Assembly (NCBI GenBank): GCA_033442325.1
Contig: JAWQFM010000021.1
Coordinates: 1,182,329 to 1,246,328 of the forward strand
Origin: Salpingoeca rosetta
Lineage: Eukaryota > Protista > Choanoflagellata
Direction of reading: 5' to 3'
DNA: 64,000 nucleotides
Under the pieces are notes generated by a model that was not told where the DNA came from, did no database searches, and saw only the letters and a program-made list of their open reading frames with translations. Made by a program: the position numbers and the translations under genes. Of this stretch, positions 1 through 34,164 are shown in pieces (positions within the stretch are counted from its first letter, which is position 1; each line of letters begins with the position of its first letter).

Positions 1-31
1 CGTACGTACGTACGTACGTACGTACGACGAC

Positions 32-102
<71 letters not shown>

Positions 103-177
103 GCACACGCACGCACACACACATGCACGTGCAAGCAGCGGCACATGTGCACGTGCACAGACATGCACCAGACGAAC

Positions 178-1521
178 CTTGATTGTCAGGGGAGGGCCAG
201 GCCCACTGCCCCAGGACACGTCGTGAACGACACCTGAGTAGCACACAACAACGACACGCGTGAGCGGAACCGCAACGAGCACGTGCAAGCACACTCGTTG
301 TCGCAATAGCCTTGTACGCAAACACTCTCCATCATGCAGAGTTGCACATGCGCACCGGAAAGCGGGAGTGGGTTGTCCTCGCACGTTGATGTGCCAGCAG
401 GACACCCGCCGATATCCGACCGCCATGCAAAGCATGACTACCACGACAAACCATGTACAGGTGCAAATCAAACGGAGGGGGCACGGTTGGGAATACGCGT
501 GGTGAGCTTGCGAGCATATGTGAGACGAAGCAGTCACACGGACAGGGCACACGCGACTCGCACGCAAGCGCATGAACATAAACTCGAGCCCAGTCGCTCA
601 GCCCTCGCCTACATTGCACACACAGACACACACAGACACACACAGACACACACAGACACAAACACACAGACACACAGACACACCCGACGTACATCATCAA
701 AGGGGTTGTCGTGCTTGCACCGACCAATGCTCACGGCACCGTCAGGGGCTGTTTGAAACAACAGGAGACAAGAGAACAGTACATGTGCATTGGATGAGTG
801 CCGTGGTGACAGAACCAGCAGAACCAACAGAACCAGCAGCAATAGTGTTCCTTGTTTCGTCAGTACACGCAGCAAGAGCATGTGGACAGCAAGGGGCCAA
901 GCACACTTGGATTTGTGATGGGAAGGCAGCCGGCGCAGAGGGGGTAGTCGTTTGCCGTTTTCGCTTCGCACTGGATGAAGGATGGATGACAGGACGGTGG
1001 AACCGTTGCTGTTGATGCGAAACATAAAGCAGTCGCGGTTAACACGTGGTTGAGCGGTTGGTTGGTTTGGGAAAACGGGAAGGGGGGGGGGTCACATCAG
1101 TGTGATGGCAAGGACGAGATGACAAGAAGAGAAGGGAAAGCATGGTTGGAAAGCAACACCGCCACGCAAGGTCAGAGTATGAAGTTGGAACTAGAATGTC
1201 ACCCGCATGTACTCTGTAGCAATTCATCGCGCGTGTTCATTAGATTCAGGGGGAACATGGGCAACAACGAGCACCGCCATACTGGTGGGCGCACTTTGCC
1301 ACGTTCGTTTCACGCACCGAAAGCAGCGTAGCAGATGCCAGTTGCCGGGTCCTGGCAAGGGCCGGACGTGGAAAACGTGCAGCCCGTGCATTGCGCATCT
1401 GGTTGGGGATGCGATGACAAGCGGAGTTCGTGTCAACGAGCGACCGAATGAGGAGCTCACATGGGATGTTGCGTGTGTCAAACAAACAAACAACAAACAC
1501 GGCTAGACACGATAACACAGC

Positions 1522-1567
<46 letters not shown>

Positions 1568-1772
1568 GCGCGCGCATACATCAACTCAATTCATTTCATA
1601 CTGACTGCCCCCTCCCCCGTTGTGTAGGTACCACTCTACCTCTCAACTGACTGCAGCTCAGCTCACCTGCTGTGCCTGGTCCCAAGATCAGGAGGCCGGT
1701 GAGGACCATGCACAGCAGCAACACCGCATTCAACGGCTGCTTCACAGCGTGACTTGCGTTGTAGCTGTTCAT
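178..1772 (-). CDS. Secreted cysteine-repeat protein, 5' part (continues off the left edge)
   Basis: Phase-consistent GT-AG exons 1772-1667, 1398-1318, 1008-907, 748-693, 437-356 and 233-178 give MNSYNASHAVKQPLNAVLLLCMVLTGLLILGPGTA-DAQCTGCTFSTSGPCQDPATGICYAAF-ATVPPSCHPSFIQCEAKTANDYPLCAGCLPITNP-TPDGAVSIGRCKHDNPFDD-SCFAWRSDIGGCPAGTSTCEDNPLPLS-GVVHDVSWGSGPGPPLTIK. This has a hydrophobic signal peptide, caccATG context and two 6-Cys repeats. Confidence 0.8.
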
Positions 1773-1813
1773 GGTGCTCGTGCAGTAGTATCAAAGACGT
1801 TGGTGGTTGCTCA

Positions 1814-1855
<42 letters not shown>

Positions 1856-2419
1856 CCTCAAGGAGCAACACGAGAACACAACAACAACACACCACCTTGT
1901 TCTCTTCTCTTGTGCGTGGTACACTTGGCGAGGTGTGAAGGACTCATCCAACACAGCAAACACAACAGACACACAAACAAACACAAACACCCACAACTCG
2001 TGTGTTTGGTTTGTTGGTTGGTGGGAGCAAACGAAATGAGCAGCTCTTCTTGGTGCTTGCAAGCACAAAGAGGTCAGACTGAATTCAGTTTTGCTGTTGT
2101 TTGTGCATGGAATCATTTCAGCTTGGGCCTTGAAGGCACACTTGCGTGCATGGGTCGGATCTGTTGTTGCTGCTCCTCCTTTTGTTTGCGAGCCAAGCGT
2201 TCAGGAAGCCGGCTGATGTCACACCAGTGCGTATCCATTTATTTACATGCCCCACAACACACACGACGCACACGCCACACCCACACCCACACGCCGTGGT
2301 GGTACCGCTGCCCAACTCCATCTGCCAGCCATCATTTCACCGACCCAACCCATTCCTCACTTCATGGTGACTGACAGGCCTCATTGACACTTGCAAACAC
2401 AAACACGGAGGCATCCACA

Positions 2420-2546
<127 letters not shown>

Positions 2547-2548
2547 AA

Positions 2549-3901
2549 ATGAGCGCAACGCGCCGGCAGCGGCAACCGCACGACTTGCTGCCTGCCAGCG
2601 TTGCCAGCAACACAGGCAACCACACATTGCCACCACCACTCTCCCTATCTTCGCTGTACAACAGTGGTCACAAGCACAGCCACAATGCGGGCGACACAGA
2701 GTCGCTCTGCGCTGACATCGGCGACGGGGTCGCCATGCTGCTTGACTTTGATGGCGTCGAGGCGTGTCCCCCGCTGTGCATGGTGCGGATAGCACACACC
2801 TTGCTGCAGCACTCCGTCGATCCCACCGCACAAGCTGAAGCAATGCAGGTCCTTTGGGAGTGCGTTGCCGACGGGCGCGAGCACTGTATCACCTTCCTCC
2901 ACAGCGAAACATACATCCGCCTCCTCATTGCTATCATGCGCTCGCACAGGCGCTGCGAGCGCCTGCAGCGCTACGGCTGCTCCCTCCTGTGGCACATTAT
3001 CCGGTGTCAAGCGGGATCTGCAACGGCCCCACACGCGCCCGTATCCGCCACACCACCCACGCCGCCAGCAGCCGTGTTCAACACCACCGCCAACCCCTCC
3101 ACCCACGATGCAGTGCCGCCGACGACAAGCACAACAGCCGCCACAGCAAGGTGTCCAACCATCACAACCACACCAGCGTCACGCAGCAGCCGCAGGACCA
3201 GCCGCCACCACTACCACCACCTTCACGGCGTTCGCGGTCGAGGTGGTGGTCGAAGCAGCATTGCAGAGGAGAGCGGAGTGGCGGGGAGTGAACCCGACAG
3301 GTACACGTCGCGGTGGCGCCGCCGGTCAAGCAAGGCGAGCATGCACAGAGACACATGCATGCACCACACAGAGCACAGGGCTCAGCGGCGCGTGGATGAC
3401 CGGTTTGACGGTGGCGATGGCGATGGCGACGGTCAAGGAGATGGGGATGCCTCGGATGCAAGCAGCGACAGCATTGTGTGGAGTGACCACGAGCACGACA
3501 ATGAGAAGCGCGACGATGATGAGCGGACGAGCGACGCCCGGGCCAGCGAGAGCGCAATTGGCAGCATGGACCAAGACACGGCGCAGCGACGCTATAGCAG
3601 CAGTAGCCAGCAGCACGGCACCCGGGCGAGGCAGCAGACTGTTGTTTACAGACCCCGCGCGCATGAGCATCACCACTTACGGCGCCCGTCTCGCTGCTCT
3701 GGCGAACACGCCCCCTTGCATGTGCCCCGCGCATCAGCAGCAGGACCAACACTTATAGCGACAACACTAACAGCGACGACGGCACCACCAACCTCTGGCG
3801 CTGCTCGGCACCAGCGGGCATCCGTATTGGTCACAACGTGTCCACACGGGTTTCCAGTTGCTCCGATGGCCTCTCACAACAACAACAGCAACGACAACAA
3901 C

Positions 3902-3935
<34 letters not shown>

Positions 3936-3939
3936 ACAA

Positions 3940-3971
<32 letters not shown>

Positions 3972-5362
3972 ACAACAGCAACAACAACCAGAACCAGAAC
4001 CACAGCGAACACCATCAGCAGCACCAGCAGCAGAGCGGTCATGACCACCAGCACGGTGACCACCGCACACACCCCTTGCTTGCATCGGCTGTGTCCCATG
4101 GCCGCGGCGACTGCTGGTGGGCGATTGCGTTTGGAGCGCCGCAAGTGCTGATCGCAGCCATGACCCGGTTCCGTCGCAACACCGCCATCCAGCTGCACGC
4201 CTGCGAGGCCCTGCACCACATGACGCGCGTTGAGACAGACGCGTGCGCGCAGGTCATGCACTACGGTGGCGTTGAGGCGCTCATATCTGCCATGTGCACA
4301 CACGCGGAGTGCACGCGCCTGCAGTATGCTGCGTGCTCCGTGCTGTTGGCCGTTGCGCAGAGCAAAGGGGGCCGCGGGCGGCTGGTGGCCAAGTGCGGGG
4401 CGATGGAGGCAACAGCTGCCATGATGCGTCACCACCTCCACGACATCCGGCTGCAGATCCTGGCCTGCCGCGCGCTGGAGGTGTTGGCAAGCAGGATGGG
4501 GTGGGCCGACGACGGGCAGCTGCGGGTGCGGACGCTGACTGCCCCGCAATCTCTGGCACCACCAGTGCCCATGACGAAACGAAGCAAGGCAGGAACAAGC
4601 TCGACATGTTTACAGCAGCACCTACAGGCGTACGACAGTGAGAAGACAGCACCAGCACCAGCAGGGGGAGAAAGACAGCACCAGCACCAGCACCAGAACA
4701 AGGGGCAAGCAGGGGGAGAAGAGGGGCAGCAACAGCAACAGCAGCAGCAGCACGAGCAACGTCAAGTTACAGATCAGCGCAGCCCCAACCCGTCATCTGC
4801 CCTCGTGTCACCATCATCCGCATCAACACCATCGTCGTCGTTGTTGTCGCCGCTGGTGTCTGGTGCCGGCGACGAGCCGAAGCGGCGGCTGCGCAAGATC
4901 TGCGCCGTGAGCCGCGTGCTGCTGGCGATGATGGTGCACCGGGACCGGCTCGGTGTACAGCTCGCTGGTCTCGGCGCCCTCAACGTCTTCCTCGCTGTCG
5001 CCCCATTCACGGGAGACGAGTCTGGCATTGATCGGCGAACCGTGTATGGCGTGAGCGCACGTGCACCCGAACACCACGACCACCACCACGACCACCACCA
5101 CGACCACCACCATCACTTGACGCCGTCGGCCCTGGTTCACCTCGCCTCGCCATCACCATCAGCCTCGAACAGCAATGCAGGTCGTGGTGGTGGCGGCGGT
5201 GGCGGTCGAAAGCCATCCCGTGCACGCTCGTGTTCGTCGCACGCCACGCGCGCTGATGTGATTGGCGCCGTTGTCGCAGCTGTTGCCCGCTTCCCACACA
5301 GCGACACCGTCCAGCGCTGGGCGAAGCGCGTCCTGAAGCGCTGTGGCACGCGCATACCGTAG
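2549..5362 (+). CDS. Intronless armadillo-type repeat protein with low-complexity (poly-N/Q/H) inserts
   Basis: A single long ORF. The first ATG after the (CA)n tract is at 2549. Repeated ARM-like units include LLIAIMRSHRRCERLQRYGCSLLWHI, VLIAAMTRFRRNTAIQLHACEALHHM, GGVEALISAMCTHAECTRLQYAACSVL and AAMMRHHLHDIRLQILACRALEVL. Confidence 0.8.
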
Positions 5363-6024
5363 ATGTCTTGTGTGTGTGTGTGCATGTGTGTGCATGTGTG
5401 TTTGTTTCGTGTCTGGAGAGCTAATTGCATTGACAATCGTTTTGCTTGGGTCGACGTGCCATGATGTGGTTGCATCACTGTCAGCTGCTCCGCTCAGCAG
5501 TCGTTCGACTCATCTTATGCGATCTTCTATTCCCTCTGTCATATGTACTTTGTGCACAGCACAGCAAGTGTGTGGTGTCGTGAAATGCAATTTGCTTTCG
5601 TCTGCTGTCGCAGTCATAACTCATATTTTTTCTCAATCTATGTATCTATTTGTGAGCGTTGGTCTTCACTCTTCTTCATCGGCGACACGGGCACGCTGGT
5701 CCCACTCGTCCACGTGTGTTGGTGGTGCATGTTGGGTTGCATGAGCATGCATGTGCCTTGACTTGCTGTTACTTTACAGTGAAATGAAACGCGAATGACA
5801 AAAGAACAAACACGACAGGCAACAAAACGAAAGGGACGGTCTCACATAGGGCAACAAGCGACAACATACACACACACACACACACACATGGATCAAAACC
5901 ACAACAATGTCATGTAACGCGCTGTCATGTGGCTCACACACCAAACAACAAACAATGCAACGCACAACAGCACTCGGGGGAAATGACGCAAGAGCTTCAC
6001 GTGTGAACGCCAGAACACAAAATG

Positions 6025-6094
<70 letters not shown>

Positions 6095-6153
6095 TCATAC
6101 ACAGAAGAGATGGTACTGCGAAGTTAGAGCGATGGGGCGCGGTGTGCTCGCGT

Positions 6154-16976
<10,823 letters not shown>

Positions 16977-17099
16977 CTTGTACAGTGATGAGCAAACGTG
17001 TACAGACACGGTGCTGGGCGGTCACTGCAAAAGATGGGGGAGGGGCAAGGCGGCGTTGGAGTGTGCAATGCAAGGGGTTTGGGACAGAGGTCAGTTCGT

Positions 17100-17178
<79 letters not shown>

Positions 17179-17528
17179 ATGGAACGAGAAAGTGGTTGAG
17201 TGGTGATAAGTACGTATGCGTGAGTGGTTCAGCCACAGGGAGGGAGGACAGGTGGAACGACAGATTACAGCGAGAAGAAGAATGGAGGAGGACAAGAAGA
17301 GAACGATGCACGTGTACTAGGGACCAAAGACACATATTCAAGAAGACGGAGGAGGAGGAGGAGCAATTGACTGAGGTGTGGTGACTGCGTCGCATGACCA
17401 CAAACAAAGGCATGGCTGTGGCTGTGCATTGGGGTGCGGTTCAACCCTACCTGCAATGAATCAAATCAGGTGTGTCTGTCTGGCCGAGCCAATGCTCTGC
17501 GAGGGTGGCTGGTCAAAACAAGCCTGCG

Positions 17529-17630
<102 letters not shown>

Positions 17631-17742
17631 AGGGTAACGGAGGATGCTGCGGTTATCACAAACCAATCGTGTTGCGTGCTTGCAGGCAACAAAGGAACTG
17701 TGCGTGTCAAATGGAGTAGCAAGGGTCAGAAGAGGAGAGAGA

Positions 17743-17791
<49 letters not shown>

Positions 17792-18365
17792 GACGACTCG
17801 AGATTGAGATGTGTGGGTGGGGAAAGGGAGCAGTTGCTTGTTTCTCTTCTTGCTTGCTTCTTGGGGTGCGGTCTCTAGGTCTGTGCTTCCCCCCCCCCCC
17901 CCCCACCCAACAACATGGTCGCTCACTCAAGGTTGTTGTCCCCTCAGCCGCCACCATTCATTCACCCACTCGCGTAGCAGGAGACCTCACCTGTGTGCCT
18001 GAGAATGGAGCTTTTCTCCATTTATTGCCACTGAACAAATGCGCACTTTCGGGCTTTTACCAACAACAGTCAAACGGAAACAATGCAAATCGACCAATCA
18101 GAGCAGAGCATCCACAATGAAACTTGTCTGAATGGTGTTTTGCAGCACGAAGAGCACGACAAGGCTGTGCAACGTTTAATGATGTGTGATGTGACATCAC
18201 TATCGACTGGTTGATGGCTTGACTGGATGGGCTGGGATGGGATGTGTTTGGTCAAAGGTGCACAATGAAAAGCACAAGAAGAGCGGAAGAAATAAGACAG
18301 AGGGAGAAGTGATGGTGACAATGGTGGTGATGGTGGTGATGTGCAACGCTGCATTTCACTCACTC

Positions 18366-30398
<12,033 letters not shown>

Positions 30399-31302
30399 CT
30401 TTGACGGTTACAATTGGAAATGAGCTGCTGAGTGAGCAACGCAACGCGCGCCCTTGATGCCGCTGAGCACACCGAGGCGAGTGTGTGGTGTTGGAAACCC
30501 GCTGTTGTTGCTGCCGCTGCCCCCGCTTCAGATACGTTGTTTGAAATCAGCCAGCAGAGACACGTTGATGCGATGCAAGTGTGAGTGCAGGTGGCCTTCT
30601 TGTCACATCCACCACACATCACACACGCTGAAGCCACAAGGCTTTGCCACCACCAACTTTTGCTCTCCACTCAACCTCCACCTCGACCTCCACCCTTCCG
30701 CCACCCTTCCGCCACACACACACACACACGCAACACACAGTCCACAGCACACACCGCCGTTTCGCGCCACAACCACAACCACAACCATCCAGCAGACAGT
30801 TGCGCACGACGGACTTGTCCTCACCAGTGTTGTTGTTGTGGCGGCAAATTCGCTTTGTGGTTTGTGGTGCCCGCCAAATCGCGCCCTTGTCACTTTTGAC
30901 AGCTGCTGTTCAGGACACCACAAGTTGCACTGAAAGTGCCACCGGGTGTGAAAACCACACGCTTTATTCTCATAAGAAAATCATTTGAAGCTGTGCATGG
31001 TTTGGCGAAGCTTTGGGCCCTGCATTGTATACCCTCCTGCCCTTATTCAAAACCTCACCTGTCGCATCGCATCCTCTCCTCTTCACCACCCACCCCAATC
31101 ACAAGAACAACAACAGCAACAGCCACTCCTGTCGCGTTCCACACCTCAATCCTGAGCCCGCCACCACCACCACCACCTCCACCAGCACACACGTTGCTGG
31201 CTTTCGTGTGTTTGAGGTCTGAAGCAGCGCTGCCTCAGGTTGCAGCGTCGTCCGGGCGCCAAGCCAAGCCGCCATTCCTCCTGTGTCATCACACCTGCAA
31301 CA
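30399..31302. promoter_or_regulatory. Divergent intergenic region between SMC3 and the second mucin, with E2F-like and CHR-like motifs
   Basis: Head-to-head ATGs at 30398(-) and 31303(+). TTTCGCGC at 30760-30767, TTTGGCGGG on the minus strand at 30870-30878, and TTTGAA near 30540 and 30984. Confidence 0.45.
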
Positions 31303-32257
31303 ATGACAAGACTTGTGCCAGTGATTGTTGCGCTTGTTGTGGCCGTGATTGCGGCCGCAGCTGTCAACGACGTCCGCGCCGCTGAGAGTGAGTTCGTTAC
31401 AGTCCACCATCAAACTATCACGCGTGCGCTGGTTCTGGCGGAGATGTGGTGATGACGGAGAGTGGTGGTGCCGTGTACAGAGTAGAAGGTGTGCGTTGTG
31501 TTGCACGCCAGCTGTGTGTGTGCGTGTGTGTCAGTGTGCCAGTTTGTCAATGTGTGTCTTGATGATACAGCAGGATGCCACAGCCGATGGTGGCGGCGCT
31601 TGTGATTGAGTGTGTTGTCGTTCACTCACGTACTCGGCTTGCGGGTGTACGCACGCGCAATTTCACAGCTACGGTGGGTCCAACAACCACGACGACAACA
31701 ACCACCGTTACAACCCTCCCGCCCTGCGTGGCTGACCAGTACGAGAGCAACGACGACTTTGAGTCGGCGGCTGTCTTGCCGCCAAACACGCTCGAAGTCA
31801 ACGCAACCGTGTGTTCCAACGAGTATGACCTGTTTCAGGTGCCCACGTGCCGCAACGGCGACATCAAGGTTGTATACACAGCCAACGTCGCCTACGGCAC
31901 CGTGACACTGGCCCTGTTCAACTCGCTCAAGGTGGCCATCGACGGTGGCACCGTCACTGGCACCAGCGCCACCATCTCTGGCAGCGCTGGCCCACACGAT
32001 GACTTCTTCATCGGCGTCGCTGCAGAGGCAAGCAGTGGCGCCACATACACGCTCTCCATCGCCATCACCTGCCCCACCGTTTCAACTACACAAGCTCCAG
32101 CAACCACGACAAGCACTGCGGAGAGCCTCTGTGCCACTCGCGGCTGCGGCAGCGTGGACCTCAACGCAGATTGCCAGTGCGATCCCGACTGTTTCAACTT
32201 TGGGGACTGCTGCTCCGGTGCGTACGCGAGCATGTGTGGGAGAGCGATTTTGAGTGT

Positions 32258-32302
<45 letters not shown>

Positions 32303-33908
32303 GATACGTACGCATGTGTCGTTGCACGCGCGCGCAAGTGCTCGTGAAACTTCGTGTATGTAGCTCCACGTCTGTGAACATGCTCTTTTGCTGCTTTGTC
32401 GACTCTGCCACTTTCTTTTGTCCCTCAGCACTTCCAACCACGTGCACTCGCCCTCAATCTGATGCGGTTCTCTTTGTTTGTTCGTGTGTCTTCTTTACAG
32501 ACTTTGCGACGTTGTGCGCCACAACTCAGGCGCCCACCACCACCACAACAACGGAAGCCCCAGTGTCCACGGCTGCACCCGCAACGCTGACGGGTGCCAC
32601 ACCGCCCGCAACAACGACAACGGACAACACGGACGCCACCACCTGCGCTGTTCGAGGCTGCAGTGACATCAACCTCAACCAGAACTGCCAATGTGATCCA
32701 AGTTGCTATTCGTTTGGCGACTGCTGCGCTGGTAAGTCAGTGTCTTGCTTTCGGTGTTGGGTGATTCAAGAGGAGGCCGCTTTGCGCTGTCTGATTTTGC
32801 TTGCTGAACAAATTGGCCGGCCATACAAGCTGTGTGTGCGTGCGTGCGTGCGTGTGCGTGCGTGCGTGTGCGTGCGTGTATGCGCAACCTGAAACTAGCT
32901 GGCTCATCAAACCTTTCAACGTGTATGTCATGGCTTGTGGTGTAATTTGTGTGTATGGCTGTACATGTGCGTGTCACAGACTTTGCTGCGGTGTGCGAAT
33001 CGTCCACCACCGCTCCTGCATCCACGATCGCCGCGACGACCACCTCCAGCGGAAGTGGAAGTGGAACCATGACTATGCAGCCCAGCACTACCACTACCAC
33101 CACAACAACCACCACAACCACAACCACGACCACGACCACAACGACTATCATGACCACAACCACGACCACCACCACAACCACAACCACAACCACGACCACG
33201 ACCACAACCACAACCACAACCACAACCACAACCACAACCACAACCACAACCACAACCACAACCACAACCACGACCACAACCACAACCACGACCACAACCA
33301 CCAGCACTACGACCACGACCACGACAACTACCACAACCACCACTACTACGACGACCACCACGACAGCAACAACCGCTACTGCATACAACGATCTCGAAAC
33401 AAGTGTTGTCCGAATTAACTGCGGTGGCGGCTCGTTTGTCGACGAGCTTGGCCAAGTGTGGGCTGCAGACACTGGGTTCTCTGGCACGTCATTTGTGTTC
33501 AGCGTGGACGAAGAGATTACGGGCTTCAGGGCAGCGGGGCTGCAGGAGCTGTACAGGACCCATCGCTACACGAAGAAACCGTTTGACCTCACGTATCAGA
33601 TTGCCGTGCCGGCCGCTGGTGGCTACGAACTTACGCTGTACTTTGCGGAGACATTTTACGACACTGCAGGCACCCGCTTGTTTGACGTTGTGGTGGACGG
33701 CACTGTAGTCGCATCCGCGGTCTCGTCCCCCGATGACGGGCAGGGCAGGTACTCTGCATCTGTTGTCACTACCACATTTGAAGCAGCAGCAGCGAAGACC
33801 CTCGTGATCTCGTTTAACCAGATCAACAAGCAGCCATTCATTTCCGGTATCGAGCTGACAAGCAATCCAGCAGGGACAACAACAACTACCTCCACCACCA
33901 CCACCACC

Positions 33909-33996
<88 letters not shown>

Positions 33997-34094
33997 CGAC
34001 GACGACGACGACGACAAGTACGACGACAACAACAACAAGTACGACGACGACAACAACAAGTACGACGACAACAACAACGACGACGACGACGACG

Positions 34095-34164
<70 letters not shown>

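Noticed and set aside
18083-18101. Adjacent octamer ATGCAAAT and CCAAT box (GACCAATCAG)
   Set aside because: They are short motifs over 1 kb from the nearest ATG, with no snRNA or other supporting feature, so they cannot be told from chance.
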